64,000 bases of DNA, taken from the NCBI GenBank assembly GCA_950097015.1, contig CATNEN010000038.1:29760001-29824000 (forward strand), in the 5' to 3' direction. The stretch comes from Macrostomum hystrix (lineage: Eukaryota; Animalia; Platyhelminthes). A program made the translations under genes and the position numbers. Below, piece by piece: positions 1 through 12,142 of the stretch; the stretch's first letter is position 1; every line of letters starts with the position of its first letter. The notes below the pieces were generated by a model. That model was not told the DNA's origin. It saw only the letters and a program-made list of their open reading frames with translations, and searched no databases.

Positions 1-52
1 GTGAAGCTTGATATATCAGATGTGAAGCTTGATATATCAGATGTGAAGTTCG
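1..52. repeat. End of a 21-bp tandem repeat in a UBA1 intron
   Basis: tgtgaagcttgatatatcaga, about 2.3 copies at the window edge. Confidence 0.7.
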
Positions 53-123
53 GTAGATCAGAGAATACTTCGAGATGCCATGAACCTGAATTATCTATTT
101 AAAAATTCTGAGACAGAACTCAC

Positions 124-321
124 TTGGAACAGGGCGTGAATCTGCGCCGGCCGATCAAACTTGGCAAAGTCCGTGATGACAAATTCTGGATTAGCCAAAG
201 CTTCTGGCAAAGATTTGAAACTAACTAGCTCAGGCATTTTAACTTCCTTGCAGTAGCCGCCCTTCTCGTAGGCTGGAAAGCTGCTAGTATCGCCGATTTT
301 GAAACGACTTGGGCTCACCAC
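124..321 (-). CDS. UBA1: UBA1 exon
   Basis: VVSPSRFKIGDTSSFPAYEKGGYCKEVKMP...QIHALFQ; acceptor tag at 322, donor gtgagt at 123. Confidence 0.92.
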
Positions 322-3300
322 CTAGGTATAATTAAATATAATTTTATCATTTACATGCATTTCTACTGCCAGTAGCATAACGAAGATACATCGTTATCTT
401 CTGTGGAGAATTATGTCAGAGCTGCGCAAGATCATTCTAGAAGGGTTTCAATTCTATTTATGGATCTTAAGTCATTTAAGCTTTTCGTTGTGAAACGAAA
501 TTACGCGTAGCGTAAAAGAGAAATATAATTATTTAGCTGTGACAAAACAAGACAGATCTTCTAAGTGCAGCAAGAACTGTAGTATGTAACAGAAATTAGA
601 CGTAAAGGTTAGGTCAATAAAAAAATTTGTGCTGTACAACGCTGTACTTGTGCATTAGAATAGTATAGATTACTATTCACAATAGTCTTTCAGTTATTAT
701 CCACATTGGTCTATCAGTTGTTATCCACATTGGTCTATCAGTTGTTATCCACAATGGTCTACAGTTGTTATCCACAATGGTCTATCAGTTGCTTTTCACA
801 ATGGTCTATCAGTTGTTATCCACAATGATCTATTAGCTGTTATTCACAATGGTCTATCAGTTGCTTTTCACAATGGTCTATCAGTTGTTATCCACAATGG
901 TCTATTAGCTGTTATCCACAATGGTCTATCAGTTGTTATCCACAATGGTCTATCAGTTGTTATCCACAATGGTCTATTAGCTGTTATCCACAATGGTCTA
1001 TCAGTTGCTACCCAATTCAACCTGTCAGTTGCTAAACAATTCAACCTGTCAGTTGCTAACCAATTCAACCACGGTCAGTTGCTAACCAATTCAACCTGTC
1101 AGTTGCTAACCAATTCAACCTGTCAGTTGCTAACCAATTCAACCTGTCAGTTGCTAACCAATTCAACCTGTCAGTTGCTAACCAATTCAACCTGTCAGTT
1201 GCTAACCAACTCAACCTGTCAGTTGCTAACCAATTCAACCTGTCAGTTGCTAAACAATTCAACCTGTCAGTTGCTAAACAATTCAACCTGTCAGTTGCTA
1301 ACCAACTCAACCTGTCAGTTGCTAACCAAATCAACCTGTCAGTTTATATCCAGAAAGCAAACTTATTATCTCACCTGTACTTTGCGCGGCTGGCAATTAT
1401 TGAGCGGCGTCATGCCCTGCACACCGGTAAAGGTGACATAGTCGCCATCCTCGAGATCGTGCCGAGAATCCTGGGCACAGGTGACGGTACCGTCGGCAGA
1501 CTGTTCAACCCAGTCAATTATGAAATTCTTGCACGGCTCTCCATTCTTATCCGTGACAGAGAATTGGTCGCCAAAATCGCAGAAGATGCCACCAAACAAG
1601 CCGGCAGCCGAGGCGGCGATAAATCTGGCACCTTGCTGCCTGCACAACTGATTAATGCGCAACTGTTCAGCCATTGGCCAATCGGTTAGCACCACCACCT
1701 GGTACTGCTTGATGACGTCATCAGTTAAATCGCCATCGAAGTTAGACACTCGAACGTAATTATTTAATTCGGCTAGCTTTGGCAGGCAGATTTGAGACCT
1801 AGACCTACTGCCGCCAATATCCGCCTCCTCAATGTAGAATTGGCTAGTGAGATCGGTCCAATCTGGCGGTGAATTATCGTGCAAGCAGACGGATTTAACA
1901 CCGCCCAAGATCACATTCTTAGCTATCTCAATACCAAGACCGCGTAATCCGCAGATCAATACATTGGACGTAGCCATGCTGCGCATAGCTTCATGTCCTA
2001 GAACGTACAGCTGACGACTATACAAAGAGTCGTCTATTTCAACACCGTTGGTGCCGTTAACAGACATGTTGCTGCTGCTCCCGTTAGCCTGATGCTGCTG
2101 CTGGATAGAACCGTTTGTTGACGAAGATCCAGGCGCGTTACTGTCTCCTACCGCCGATGTTGGCACTCTCTGATATTAGGGAGAAATTTTATTATTTTAT
2201 AAATTTATCTTTAACACTAAAAAACATGATGCACAAGATAAAATATGAGTACCTGAGCACTGGCCGATTTGAAATCTCTGTACATATACAAATCGAACAG
2301 AATTGGTTAACACTTACAAATCTGTGCTTAAATTTATTAACTCACTTCTTTTTATAGAAGCCTAAGAAAGCTGCAAGCTCGGTACTTATAAGGAAAATTC
2401 TGGATCCCCAGACAGTTTTTTTGTTACCTGAATGAACTGTGGTAGACTGAGATTGAAACAAAGAGACAGAACGGATAGGATGAGGATAGGAGGTACAATG
2501 TTTCAAAGGAAATGAGAATGGCTTGGAATTTAGAAAGGGATTGGACACGGACGCGTACATACATGCACACGCTGAAAAAAAAGATGCTAACTCACCTGGA
2601 CCCTAGCGACGCGTTAGACAGAAAGAAATAGGCCTTCCTAACTCTCTCTCTCCCTCTCTTCGACTATTTCACACTGAGCCTTATTTCTCTTACCACTGTT
2701 TTTTTAAGTTCTTAGTACGGCTTCTGGCCTATAGGAGGCTACTCACAGCTGTACGGAGGGAACAGTGGGGGGGGGCAGAAATAGAAAGAGGGTGAGAGAG
2801 GGACGCGGGGAAAGAGCATTAGGGGTGACGAAGCTTCGCGTACAAAATCTCTTCCTATCTCTACTCTCGATGTCGATGCAAGGATCTAGTATAGTTCTCT
2901 TGTCAACTGACAAACTTGTATGCGCTAAGGCTTAGAGCTTTTCAGTTAAGGGAGACACAGTTCTTATGAAAGGTTTGAGATAGAATTTCTTGCTAGAGAG
3001 AGAAAGAAAAGCTAAAGAAATGACGTTGACTTCTATTTATAGACTAAGGCTTCGAGGGAGAGAAGACAGGATGTGAGAAAAGTATTGGCTCCTACTAAGC
3101 CCAACCCCAAACCAAGAACAGCCGCGCCCAATACCGGTTTGGAAACAGAAAATAAAAATGTTGTGTCAGGCCTGTGTAGAACGGCTGGTGTGAGAGGACA
3201 GGAAGAGAAGACTGAGAGAGGAATGGAAGAGAGAGAATTTTTCTAGAAATCCACGCGCACACGAAACGCGCATAGAGAGCAGCAGCTAGCTTATCAGTTA

Positions 3301-6300
3301 ATGTACAATGTACTGCTGCAGACTTTCAATGCCTAACTGTACTTTGAACACCCCTAGTATATTTCAAACCCAAACCCTGTCCCTAGCTTGTCTTTCCTAC
3401 GAGGCAACACAAGCTGCCACGTATTTAAAGGCCTCCTAAACGGTTGTACAGTTAAAGAGTGTACATACTTAAAGAGAGGGTAGTAGTTACAGTGTACAAT
3501 GCAGCGTTAACAGTATTGCTTGCAAAATGAAATATATACTAGAATCTTAAATTTAAAAATTTATCATGCTACGAATGAAAGCAGCAACGATTCTAGATTC
3601 TTTGTACAGATAAGCTTGCAATACTACTTCTTGGAATTCGGTTTTAAACGAAAGTGTAACTAAATTGAAATCTCAACTTGCGTTACTTTTTAGGTAGCAT
3701 TTAAATGCCTTGGTGTGTAAATTTAATCAAAGAAAACAAGAAATGTGATTTTCACATCATATTGTATATTGTATAAATCGATACATGGATCAGAAACTTC
3801 GACGGTTAAATAGCGAAATTGAATATTCAAAACTAGAAATTGTCTAATAAAAAACCTTTTTCAAAAAAATGTTTACATTGCACTACTCTAAGTAGCGATT
3901 TGTGAAACATACCTGTACACATTTATTTCATCTTCTAATAGTAACATTCTGCCTTACAATAAGTGTACAATAGTACTAAACAAAACAAAAACAAAAAAAC
4001 AACAAAATTTATGGACATCTAAGTTTAAAAAATGAAAGTAAATTTGCATGAGCAAGAAACAAGTTTTTTCCTAAAATTTTTGGTGGTTTTAATTAGTAAG
4101 CTAGGTTTTCAGGGTCAATCCAACAATTAGGGTTGATTGTCAAAACATTGTTGTTTAACCAGTAAGAAAACTATCAAGTAATGAATATACATTTCAGGTC
4201 TTGGTATTAATAACCACTAATATACCCACAAAAAATTAAAACCATTTTAGAATTAATGAAGTTTCTTTGTGGATGACATCATCTAAAATGCAAACAAAAA
4301 AATAAAACTAATGATTAGTTTAGATTAAAATTAGGGGTCTTCTAATTAAAAAGCAGATAAAAAATGTGCATCACACTACTCTTAACTTATAAATGGTTAC
4401 CGATATTTTATGAATTTATCTGCTTTCCTATTGACTATATTTTATTAGCATAGGGAATAAATACTGAAAATTTAAGAAATTCAGAAATAAAAAATTAAAA
4501 CACTTAAATTATACGAAAAAAAATCAGAACTACATGCTCTTTCTTACAATATAAGTTTCATCCACCAATCTTGAACTAAAAAGTATAGTTTCGAAATTTC
4601 ATAGCCCTATTGTCCCAAAAGGCCAACACTATCTCTAAAGCAATTTTTAGTAAAATAATGTTTAGATTACATCTAGCTTCAACATTAATTATCCCACTAG
4701 CATATATTTGGCGAAGAGCAGATTTGTGACTTCTAGAATTAGTATCCCATATAGATCACACCCATAGTCATTAAAGAGCAGTATTTGCACAGAAACAAAA
4801 CATATCTAGATTTTTGGCTCCCTGCAATATGCAATATGCCAGTTCTACCAATTATGCCAATGTGTGCAAAAACATACATACAAATATTTCATATGTACCA
4901 CTAAAGCTAAAAGTCTAAAAACAAATGACTATTGCCCATGATTGCAGAATTTGATTATCACTTCACACTTGAAAGTCTTTAAACTATAATATGAAATATT
5001 CAAGAATATTTATTAAGATTAAAATTATAGTAAGGGAAATTTTTGTTAAATAACAATTGTAATTATCTTATCATATCTTTTGTATAAAGTTCATGTGAAG
5101 AAAATGAAAGTTTCTCACCAAAATATTCAGTATTTTACTATTTTTGCTACTAAATATTGCAGAGTGCACTAAAAATCTGTTGTGTGCACCAAAATATTCA
5201 ATGGTAAAATCTACCCCCATCCAGACTAAGATCAGATAGGCCATAAAAACTGTGTAAGTGATACCATTGTATTATGTAGCATTGTTCATTGTTTATTTTT
5301 AGTTATTTCCTAGTTTCATGGTTAAAACAAAGCTATAAGTGCTTAAATTATATTTTTTGCTTAAAACTAGTTAAGCATTGATTTTAAATTAATTAAAACT
5401 GATTTATGTAAATATTTATCACTTTATCAATAATTTAGATCATGGCATGGTGTAAACTAAATGGTGTAATCCCAACCTAAATTGTTTATTTTTATACTGT
5501 ACCAACTAATCTTTGTACAACAACTCACTGATATGGCAATTCAAAACAAAAAATACCAAATAAAAAAAATAACTGTGTAGGACAAATACTGTTATACACC
5601 AAGATTGCCACAGCTAGGGGGGTCAGGGGGGAATAACTGGTATTCTAGTATTCTATTGGATAGCATTTAGGGTGGGTAAATGTAAGTTTGGCAGTTGGGG
5701 TCTAGCATGGGTTTACCAACAGTCAAGTATTTCTACTTTAAATCCAAAGAGAAGGAGAAAGAGAAAGAGACAAAGGGACAGGGAAGACAGCAAGTGGAGA
5801 CAGAGAGAGATTGATGTAGAAAGGTAAGAAATAATTGGAGTAAATAGTTGTTTACAATTGATTTAAAATACAATCAATCAAGAAGCAGACTAGAGTTTTT
5901 ACTATACAAGCTAAATTGACTAAGAGAGAGATAGAGAGAATGCATAGAGAGAATGAAAGTGAGCCACTGGCAAAGAACACTTTCATATGCAAGCTCTTTT
6001 AAGAGCTGTTTGTTCAGATCCTAGACACTTCATTATCTTACAACTTTGTCATCCACTTGGAAGGTAGGACACTTTGTCATCCAGCCAATTGGCATGCTTT
6101 AAAGTTTGGTCAGTTCATCATCTACTAATAACAAGCAATCAAGTTCGTCATCAATAAAGTGAGGGTGGGATGGTAGGGCAGAGGTGTGAACACACTTCAC
6201 ACTCTAAATTGTCAAAAAGAGGTGTCAAAACTGATTTCATTATTAAGTTGATAGATAGGTGCCAACACGGTGTGAGGAGGTGGGGAGGGGTGGTTCTGTT

Positions 6301-9268
6301 TTAACTTTTAAAACTTTTATTTTATAGATGATGAAGTGTCCAAAAGTCTAAGTCTTTTCGTCATCTACCCTCTGAGATATTGGACAGATCATCATCTGGA
6401 TGACAAAGTTGTAAGATGACGAAGTGTCCAGGTACCATTTGTTCTCATGGCTCAAAACTCTTTTCATATTATTTGAACAAATATAATTTAATAATACATC
6501 ATCATTTTGTTTAAATTTACACGTTTTTGAGACAAAGCATATTGTGAAATAATAGCAAACCTGTTTGCTATACCTTGTTCTGCTATCCCTTTAGATTGCA
6601 AGAGTCATTAACTACCCCAATCTTGGCCGATTAGAAAGGGGGTAATGTGGCAGCCCTTCCTTACCTGTAGAGCCAGTCTGAGTTGTTGCAGTCTATGTGT
6701 TGTGGTCTTGGTTATGTGCCAAATTAACAAAAGCTAATTTAAGAGCATTTTTTTTAAGTAACATAAAATATTATTATTTCTTTTTTTAAATCCAGCCATA
6801 TCTCTAGCGTGACCTAATTATTACAATCTTAAAAGATTTCTGTGTACTTTTTAAAAAAACAACTGCCCAAAAAAGACCAAGTTTATGTAACTTGGTCTTT
6901 GCATGAGAAGTAGATAGCTTTATTATTCATCCACATATAACAGGTTAAAATTGTTGTATAAAGTTCAAAATTACAACAATTGTACACCAACTTGATCTAC
7001 TTATATGAGGGGTGTTTCAAAAGTAACTAGAATTTAGTCATAACTTTTTAATGGATAAACTTTTTAACTTGAAATTTTTACCCTGTAATTTTGCAAATAT
7101 GGACAGCACACAGCTTCAGTTGCAACCCTGTTGGTCTACATGCACCAGTGAAATCTCACATTGAAGTCCAGACCTCGAGATTAAAAATTAAGATTTTTGT
7201 CAGTGGAAAAGAGTGAACAGGTTGTGTCAAAAATCAGCGCCTTCGTCCATTTCTTCAGCGATTTCAGCACGTTCCACAAAGCTGCCATTGAGCTGGATAC
7301 ACTTCTCATAGCGATGCAGCAGTTTGTCGATTCCCTCCCCCCAAAAACTCGCAGGCAGCGCATGGAGAGATTTGTTGGCTGCCGCAATGACTTTCTGTTG
7401 ACTGGTGAAGACGCGACCTCACATAGGCTTCTTCATTACTCCAAACAAGTGAAAGTCAGCAATGGCGAGGTCTGGTGAATAAGGTGGATGATTAAGCAGC
7501 CAAAAGCCGAGCTCTTCCACTTTTCTTGTGGTGGCCGCGGCGACGTGAGGGCGAGATGAAGGGCCTGGCACGCATGATGGGTCACTTCTGGAGGATGACT
7601 TCACGCAGACGAGCAACTTGATCTGCATGTATGCAGCATTGATGGTGGCCTTGTCTGGCAGGTAGTCGACCATCAGAACCCCACAGGCGTCAAACCACAC
7701 GGTGTACATGATGTTGCGTGTCCATGCCGACTTCATTGGCTTTGTGTGCGGCTGACGGCCCCTGGGCCCCAACTGCATGGACTGCTGCTTAGTCAGTGGA
7801 TTAAATATTGGCAGTGGTGTCTTATCCATACTGATGAGAAGTCCTTTAAACTCCTGATCACCAAGTTGCTGCCACAACTGCAAGTTCTCCGTTGCACAGT
7901 GAATTCGCTTTCTTTTGTGGTCCAGGGTCAACTCACACGGCACCCACGTGGCACAGTCTCTCGACCAGTTTATCTCCTTGAGGATGCGGCTCACAGAAGC
8001 AATGGAGATGCTACAGACCTCCTCAACTTCACGCAATGTGGCAGAAGGATTGGCGCAGAGGTAATCACGGACAATTTGTTTGCTGTTGTCATCCGTTGAC
8101 GTGCGGGGCGACCTGACCTCGGCGCATCACCACATCCTGTAGCACCATCGCAGAATGCCTTGCAGTGAGCATAAACCCGCGCTTGCGATAGTGCCTGATC
8201 TCCAAATGCCTGGTTCAGGTCCCGAGCGATATCGCATGGCTTCTTTCCAAGTTGAACCCGACCAGCAATAAAATGCCTTTGTCCTTCCTTCGATCCAATT
8301 TCTGAATGATCTTTCAGTCGTTCTATAGTCTCACTTGAAAGCACTTTTCAGTCAAGTCTCTCAGTCAAGCATTTGCAATTTTGAGCAGCCCCATGCAGCT
8401 TAAAAAACAAAAATTCCTAGGCAACTTTGCCCATAAACAGCAGACACCGGAGACAGCATCAGAAGCAGCTGAGTGCATCAGCAGCATCATTAGCAGTTTT
8501 CAAGTTCTAAGCAAATTCTCAGGTATATAGACCACAGACAAAAATCAAAATTTTTAATCTCAAGGTCTGGACTTCAATGTGAGATTTCACTAGTGCACAT
8601 AGACCGATAGAGTTGCAACTGAAGCTGTGTGCTGTCCATATTTACAAAATTACAGGGTAAAAATTTCAAGTTAAAAAGTTTATCCATTAAAAAGTTATGA
8701 CTAAATTCTAGTTACTTTTGAAACACCCCTTGTACAAATGTACACCAACAGCAATTCAAGACCCTTTTGGACTTCTTCTACCATCTGGACTGAGGCACAG
8801 TCGATCCCCGCATGAAAATTTGAATAGCTAAAAAAGATAACAAGTTGGTGGACATTTAAGACACAACTCTAAATGTGAAAATACATACTAAAAAGGCTTA
8901 GCTAAGTCAACTGGGTGAATTGTGTTGGGTAGCATGCTCTGCTTTAGCCTGGCTATTTTATTGCTGAGGTTTTACATATTAGTAGAACTTAGAAAAAAGA
9001 ATTAATAAATTAGGCCTAGCTTTATTTATTAACAGGCAAGCCCAAAGACATAAATTTTCAATTGGATAACCTTTTATGCAAATATATTACAATGCTAAGC
9101 GCCAACAATATTTAAATATATTTAAAACCAAGACTTTAAACAATTCTTATTAAAACTTACATCAGATTCAGAAGGGCAGTAAGTATCTAGGTTAAATGCT
9201 TTGGTGTCGCTGTCACTTCTAGGACTGTTTTCAAAGCGTGGTTTCTTTAGTGGTGGGCTGGTAGTCAT
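124..9268 (-). CDS. UBA1: Ubiquitin-activating enzyme E1, 5' part (gene continues left of the window); coding exons 9161-9268, 1375-2169, 124-321
   Basis: IDDSLYSRQLYVLGHEAM...GLRGLGIEIAKNVILGGVKSVCLHD...FCDFG...RHDLEDGDYVTF and ...VKMPELVSFKSL...FVITDFAKFDRPAQIH match UBA1. GT/AG sites flank all three exons in phase 0. The first exon assignment is less certain. Confidence 0.93.
690..1005. repeat. 24-bp minisatellite in UBA1 intron
   Basis: Unit atcagttgttatccacaatggtct, about 13 copies. Confidence 0.95.
1001..1344. repeat. Second 24-bp minisatellite abutting the first
   Basis: Unit gtcagttgctaaccaattcaacct, about 14 copies. Confidence 0.95.
1375..2169 (-). CDS. UBA1: UBA1 exon (inactive adenylation domain and first catalytic-Cys half domain)
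   Basis: ORF 1366-2166; acceptor atatcag at 2170, donor gtgaga at 1374; 795 nt. Confidence 0.95.
6016..6436. mobile_element. Non-autonomous DNA transposon (MITE) with ~40-bp TIRs and 8-bp TSD
   Basis: Left agatcctagacacttcattatcttacaactttgtcatcca versus reverse complement of right end ggtacctggacacttcgtcatcttacaactttgtcatcca. Flanks gtttgttc (6008-6015) and atttgttc (6437-6444). Confidence 0.7.
7006..8732 (-). mobile_element. Mariner-family DNA transposon, full length, inactive, ~185-bp TIRs, TA TSD
   Basis: TIRs 7006-~7190 and ~8548-8732; TA at 7004-7005 and 8733-8734; transposase remnants between them. Confidence 0.95.
7265..8344 (-). pseudogene. Disrupted mariner transposase
   Basis: HTH...DAPRSGRP, frameshift, WVPCEL (WVPHEL motif), ISMDKT, second catalytic Asp region deleted, HPPYSPDLAIADFHLF, premature TGA at 7419-7421, then GIDKLLHRYEKCIQLNGSFVE. 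Confidence 0.92.
9161..9268 (-). CDS. UBA1: Probable first coding exon of UBA1 with NLS (MTTSPPLKKPRFENSPRSDSDTKAFNLDTYCPSESD)
   Basis: 36 codons ending at a perfect phase-0 GTAAGT donor. Resembles human UBA1 N-terminus MSSSPLSKKRRV. Upstream gactaac...ttttcag branch point/acceptor near 9306. Not in the ORF track. Confidence 0.7.
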
Positions 9269-10399
9269 TGACAGATCAAATTAAATTACATTAGTCATAA
9301 TGAACTGAAAATATATAGCTAATGTAGAGGTTAGTCAATTGCAAAAGTTTCGTCTTTGACTTTGATTTATATAGTATTGTAAGTGAACTTTTAGAAGCTT
9401 TCCAATGCGGTCTAAAAGAATATTATATCTGAATGTACTTGAAATTAGGTTTAGCTGGTAAAAAAGAGTTAGGCAGTCCGTCTAGTTGTAAAACAGTAGT
9501 ATGTCGTACTCAGGCACGAAAGAAGATTAAGTGCGAACTTTGCAGATTATCAATAGTTTTGAATACGAGCGTACTAATATAAAGCATAGAAAATCAGCAA
9601 TCAACAAACTCTTCATAGATATTTTCGATAGATTTTATTGCACAAGTGCAAGGACTATTTAAGAGCATTGGAATGGATTTTTTATTTGTTTATATTTGCT
9701 TATCCTAAATATTTGAAAACTTAGCCGAATAAATCAAGTTGTTCTGACTTACAGAAGAACAAATACGCATAATTAATTGTAGAAATAAATACCCTTTGTA
9801 CACGAACGAGTTTATAGGATACTGTATGTGCGGACAACCAACTGATTCTATGGGTTCGACGAGAATGCGAGTTCATACAAAATTACATCCGCTTTTGTTA
9901 GCACTAATGCACATTCTGGGCTTCGCACTGATTACCTTGATCCGGGCCACAGAGATAGCTGTTGGTTGTAATTTTGTGCTTGACGCTGCACAGGCCAAAG
10001 CCGGTGGGTCTCGAGTGTCAGTCAAAGAGATTAGGGCTTGATAAATACCGGGCCAAGCAGGAAGCAGGACTCGCTGCACAATAATGTCGAACACGAGCAC
10101 AACTGACACGGCCTTCAACCATTGTGAAGACCTGGCAGCGCGGATTCTGGTCGCAAGCGAACGCAAATCGCTCCCCTCAGGTTAAAACGTCTTAGCTGCG
10201 CAGGGGCAAGTAAAAATTGCAGCTCCCATGCATAATTAATACTTAAAAATATTTTCGTTTCTATATAAGAAAGACATTATCATGTAAAACAAAGATACAG
10301 CATCTTTGGTCAAGCTACGAAACTTCTTATACGATATGACAATGTTTAGTGCTCCCAGATACGAGAAGACAGAGAACAAAGGCCCAGCGATTGGCGCGG

Positions 10400-11125
10400 C
10401 AACGATAACCTCCTACCGCGCGGAGGCAGACGAAGCAACCAGGGCGAGTCAGGTAGCGCTCCACGGCCGAGCTCTTCCAGTCGCCGATTCGCTGCATGGA
10501 TCTCTGTCACCGGCAGGCTGTGGGCTGAGACGAGCTTGCTGTCAAAACCAGCTTCCAGCAGCTTGGAGCGCAGAAAGCGGTCCAAATCACGAGCAGCCAA
10601 GTGGTTCCGCTGCCCTTCGCGATCGATGAAGGACCACAGTGGCGCCTCGGCCACTGCCAACCTGTTAGCGCAGTGGTGCCGGCGCATGGAAGTTACCGGG
10701 CAGAGAGCGGGGCAGGCCGGGAACTTCGGAAGCAGGACGCGGTGCACCGGGTCCCGGAATTAGACAAGGCCGTTTCGGTGCGCTGAGAGATTCGACAACA
10801 TTAGCACGCTCTCCTCCTTCCGAGTTGACGATCGAAGGATTGAAGACTTCCGCAGCATTCCCCACCAGGCAGTGATGATGGCCACCCAGCAGTCCAGCTG
10901 CTTGTTGTCGTTCTTGTCAACCAGAGACCAGATATTTTGCAGAACTGACGGAGACGTTGGCAGCTTTTGTTGAACCCGCAGCCCTAGCGTCCGCTTGCAG
11001 CCGCGCAGCAGGTTCTGGGTGAGGGTGTGCTTCGTCAAATCTTGAATGTCGTTCAACTGGAACCAGAGCGAAAGCGAGCTGGCGTGACCATGGAGGCTGC
11101 TGAAGGCTTCAGGCGCGAGGCCACA
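10400..11125 (-). mobile_element. Degraded tyrosine recombinase of a DIRS/Ngaro-type retrotransposon
   Basis: Frameshifted pieces LLRGCKRTLG...QKLP...AIITAWWGMLRKS (catalytic Arg box), LVSAHSL (H-x-x-R box, broken) and GDWKSSAVERYL (catalytic Tyr box, ~10450-10487). Confidence 0.8.
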
Positions 11126-11126
11126 T

Positions 11127-11760
11127 GTGGGGACATTGGTTCTCTGCTGCTGGGGAGACATTAGTTATCTGCTGCTGTGGGTACATTGGTTCTCTGCTGC
11201 TGGGGAGACATTAGTTATCTGCTGCTGTGGGGACATTGGTTCTCTGCTGCTGGGGAGACATTAGTTATCTGCTGCTGTGGGTACATTGGTTCTCTGCTGC
11301 TGGGGAGACATTAGTTATCTGCTGCTGTGGGTACATTGGTTCTCTGCTGCTGGGGAGACATTAGTTATCTGCTGCTGTGGGTACATTGGTTCTCTGCTGC
11401 TGGGGAGACATTAGTTATCTGCTGCTGTGGGTACATTGGTTCTCTGCTGCTGGGGAGACATTAGTTATCTGCTGCTGTGGGTACATTGGTTCTCTGCTGC
11501 TGGGGAGACATTAGTTATCTGCTGCTGTGGGTACATTGGTTCTCTGCTGCTGGGGAGACATTAGTTATCTGCTGCTGTGGGTACATTGGTTCTCTGCTGC
11601 TGGGGAGACATTAGTTATCTGCTGCTGTGGGTACATTGGTTCTCTGCTGCTGGGGAGACATTAGTTATCTGCTGCTGTGGGTACATTGGTTCTCTGCTGC
11701 TGGGGAGACATTAGTTATCTGCTGCTGTGGGGACATTGGTTCTCTGCTGCTGGGGAGACA
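11127..11760. repeat. 50-bp minisatellite (dimer of two related 25-mers)
   Basis: gtacattggttctctgctgctgggg + agacattagttatctgctgctgtgg, about 12.5 near-identical copies. Confidence 0.97.
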
Positions 11761-12142
11761 ACTACCCCCAATATTTTTTCATGTACTCGCTGCATTCTAG
11801 TTTGCATTGGCACTTAATCTTGTAATTGGGCTCATGTGCTTTGTAATAATATCCCTTTTTGACGATTGGAAACATTTTTCTAGAGATTTTTTGGTTGGTT
11901 GAGCACCCTAGTTTTGGGAGCTTGAGTTTGGGATTGTAAATATGGGTGCTAATTTGACTGTCTTGGTACAATTTTTGCAGGTGCACTTTTTGGGCTGGGA
12001 GGCTCCTATCAGGAATATGGAGACAGATTTTTTGTGCTAGACTCATCTGGAATAGGCTGCGAAATATTTGTCCTAACTGATCTGGAATAGTAGAGACAGC
12101 ATGGAGGCCGCTATAATGTTTGTCATAGAATACTATACTCAC

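Noticed and set aside
868-1441. WLATDRLN / LLTNSTCQ repeat ORFs, and similar ORFs at 22.5-23.4, 31.6-32.2, 32.6-32.9, 35, 36.9-37.4 and 62.3-62.7 kb
   Set aside because: Translations of minisatellites in introns or intergenic DNA.
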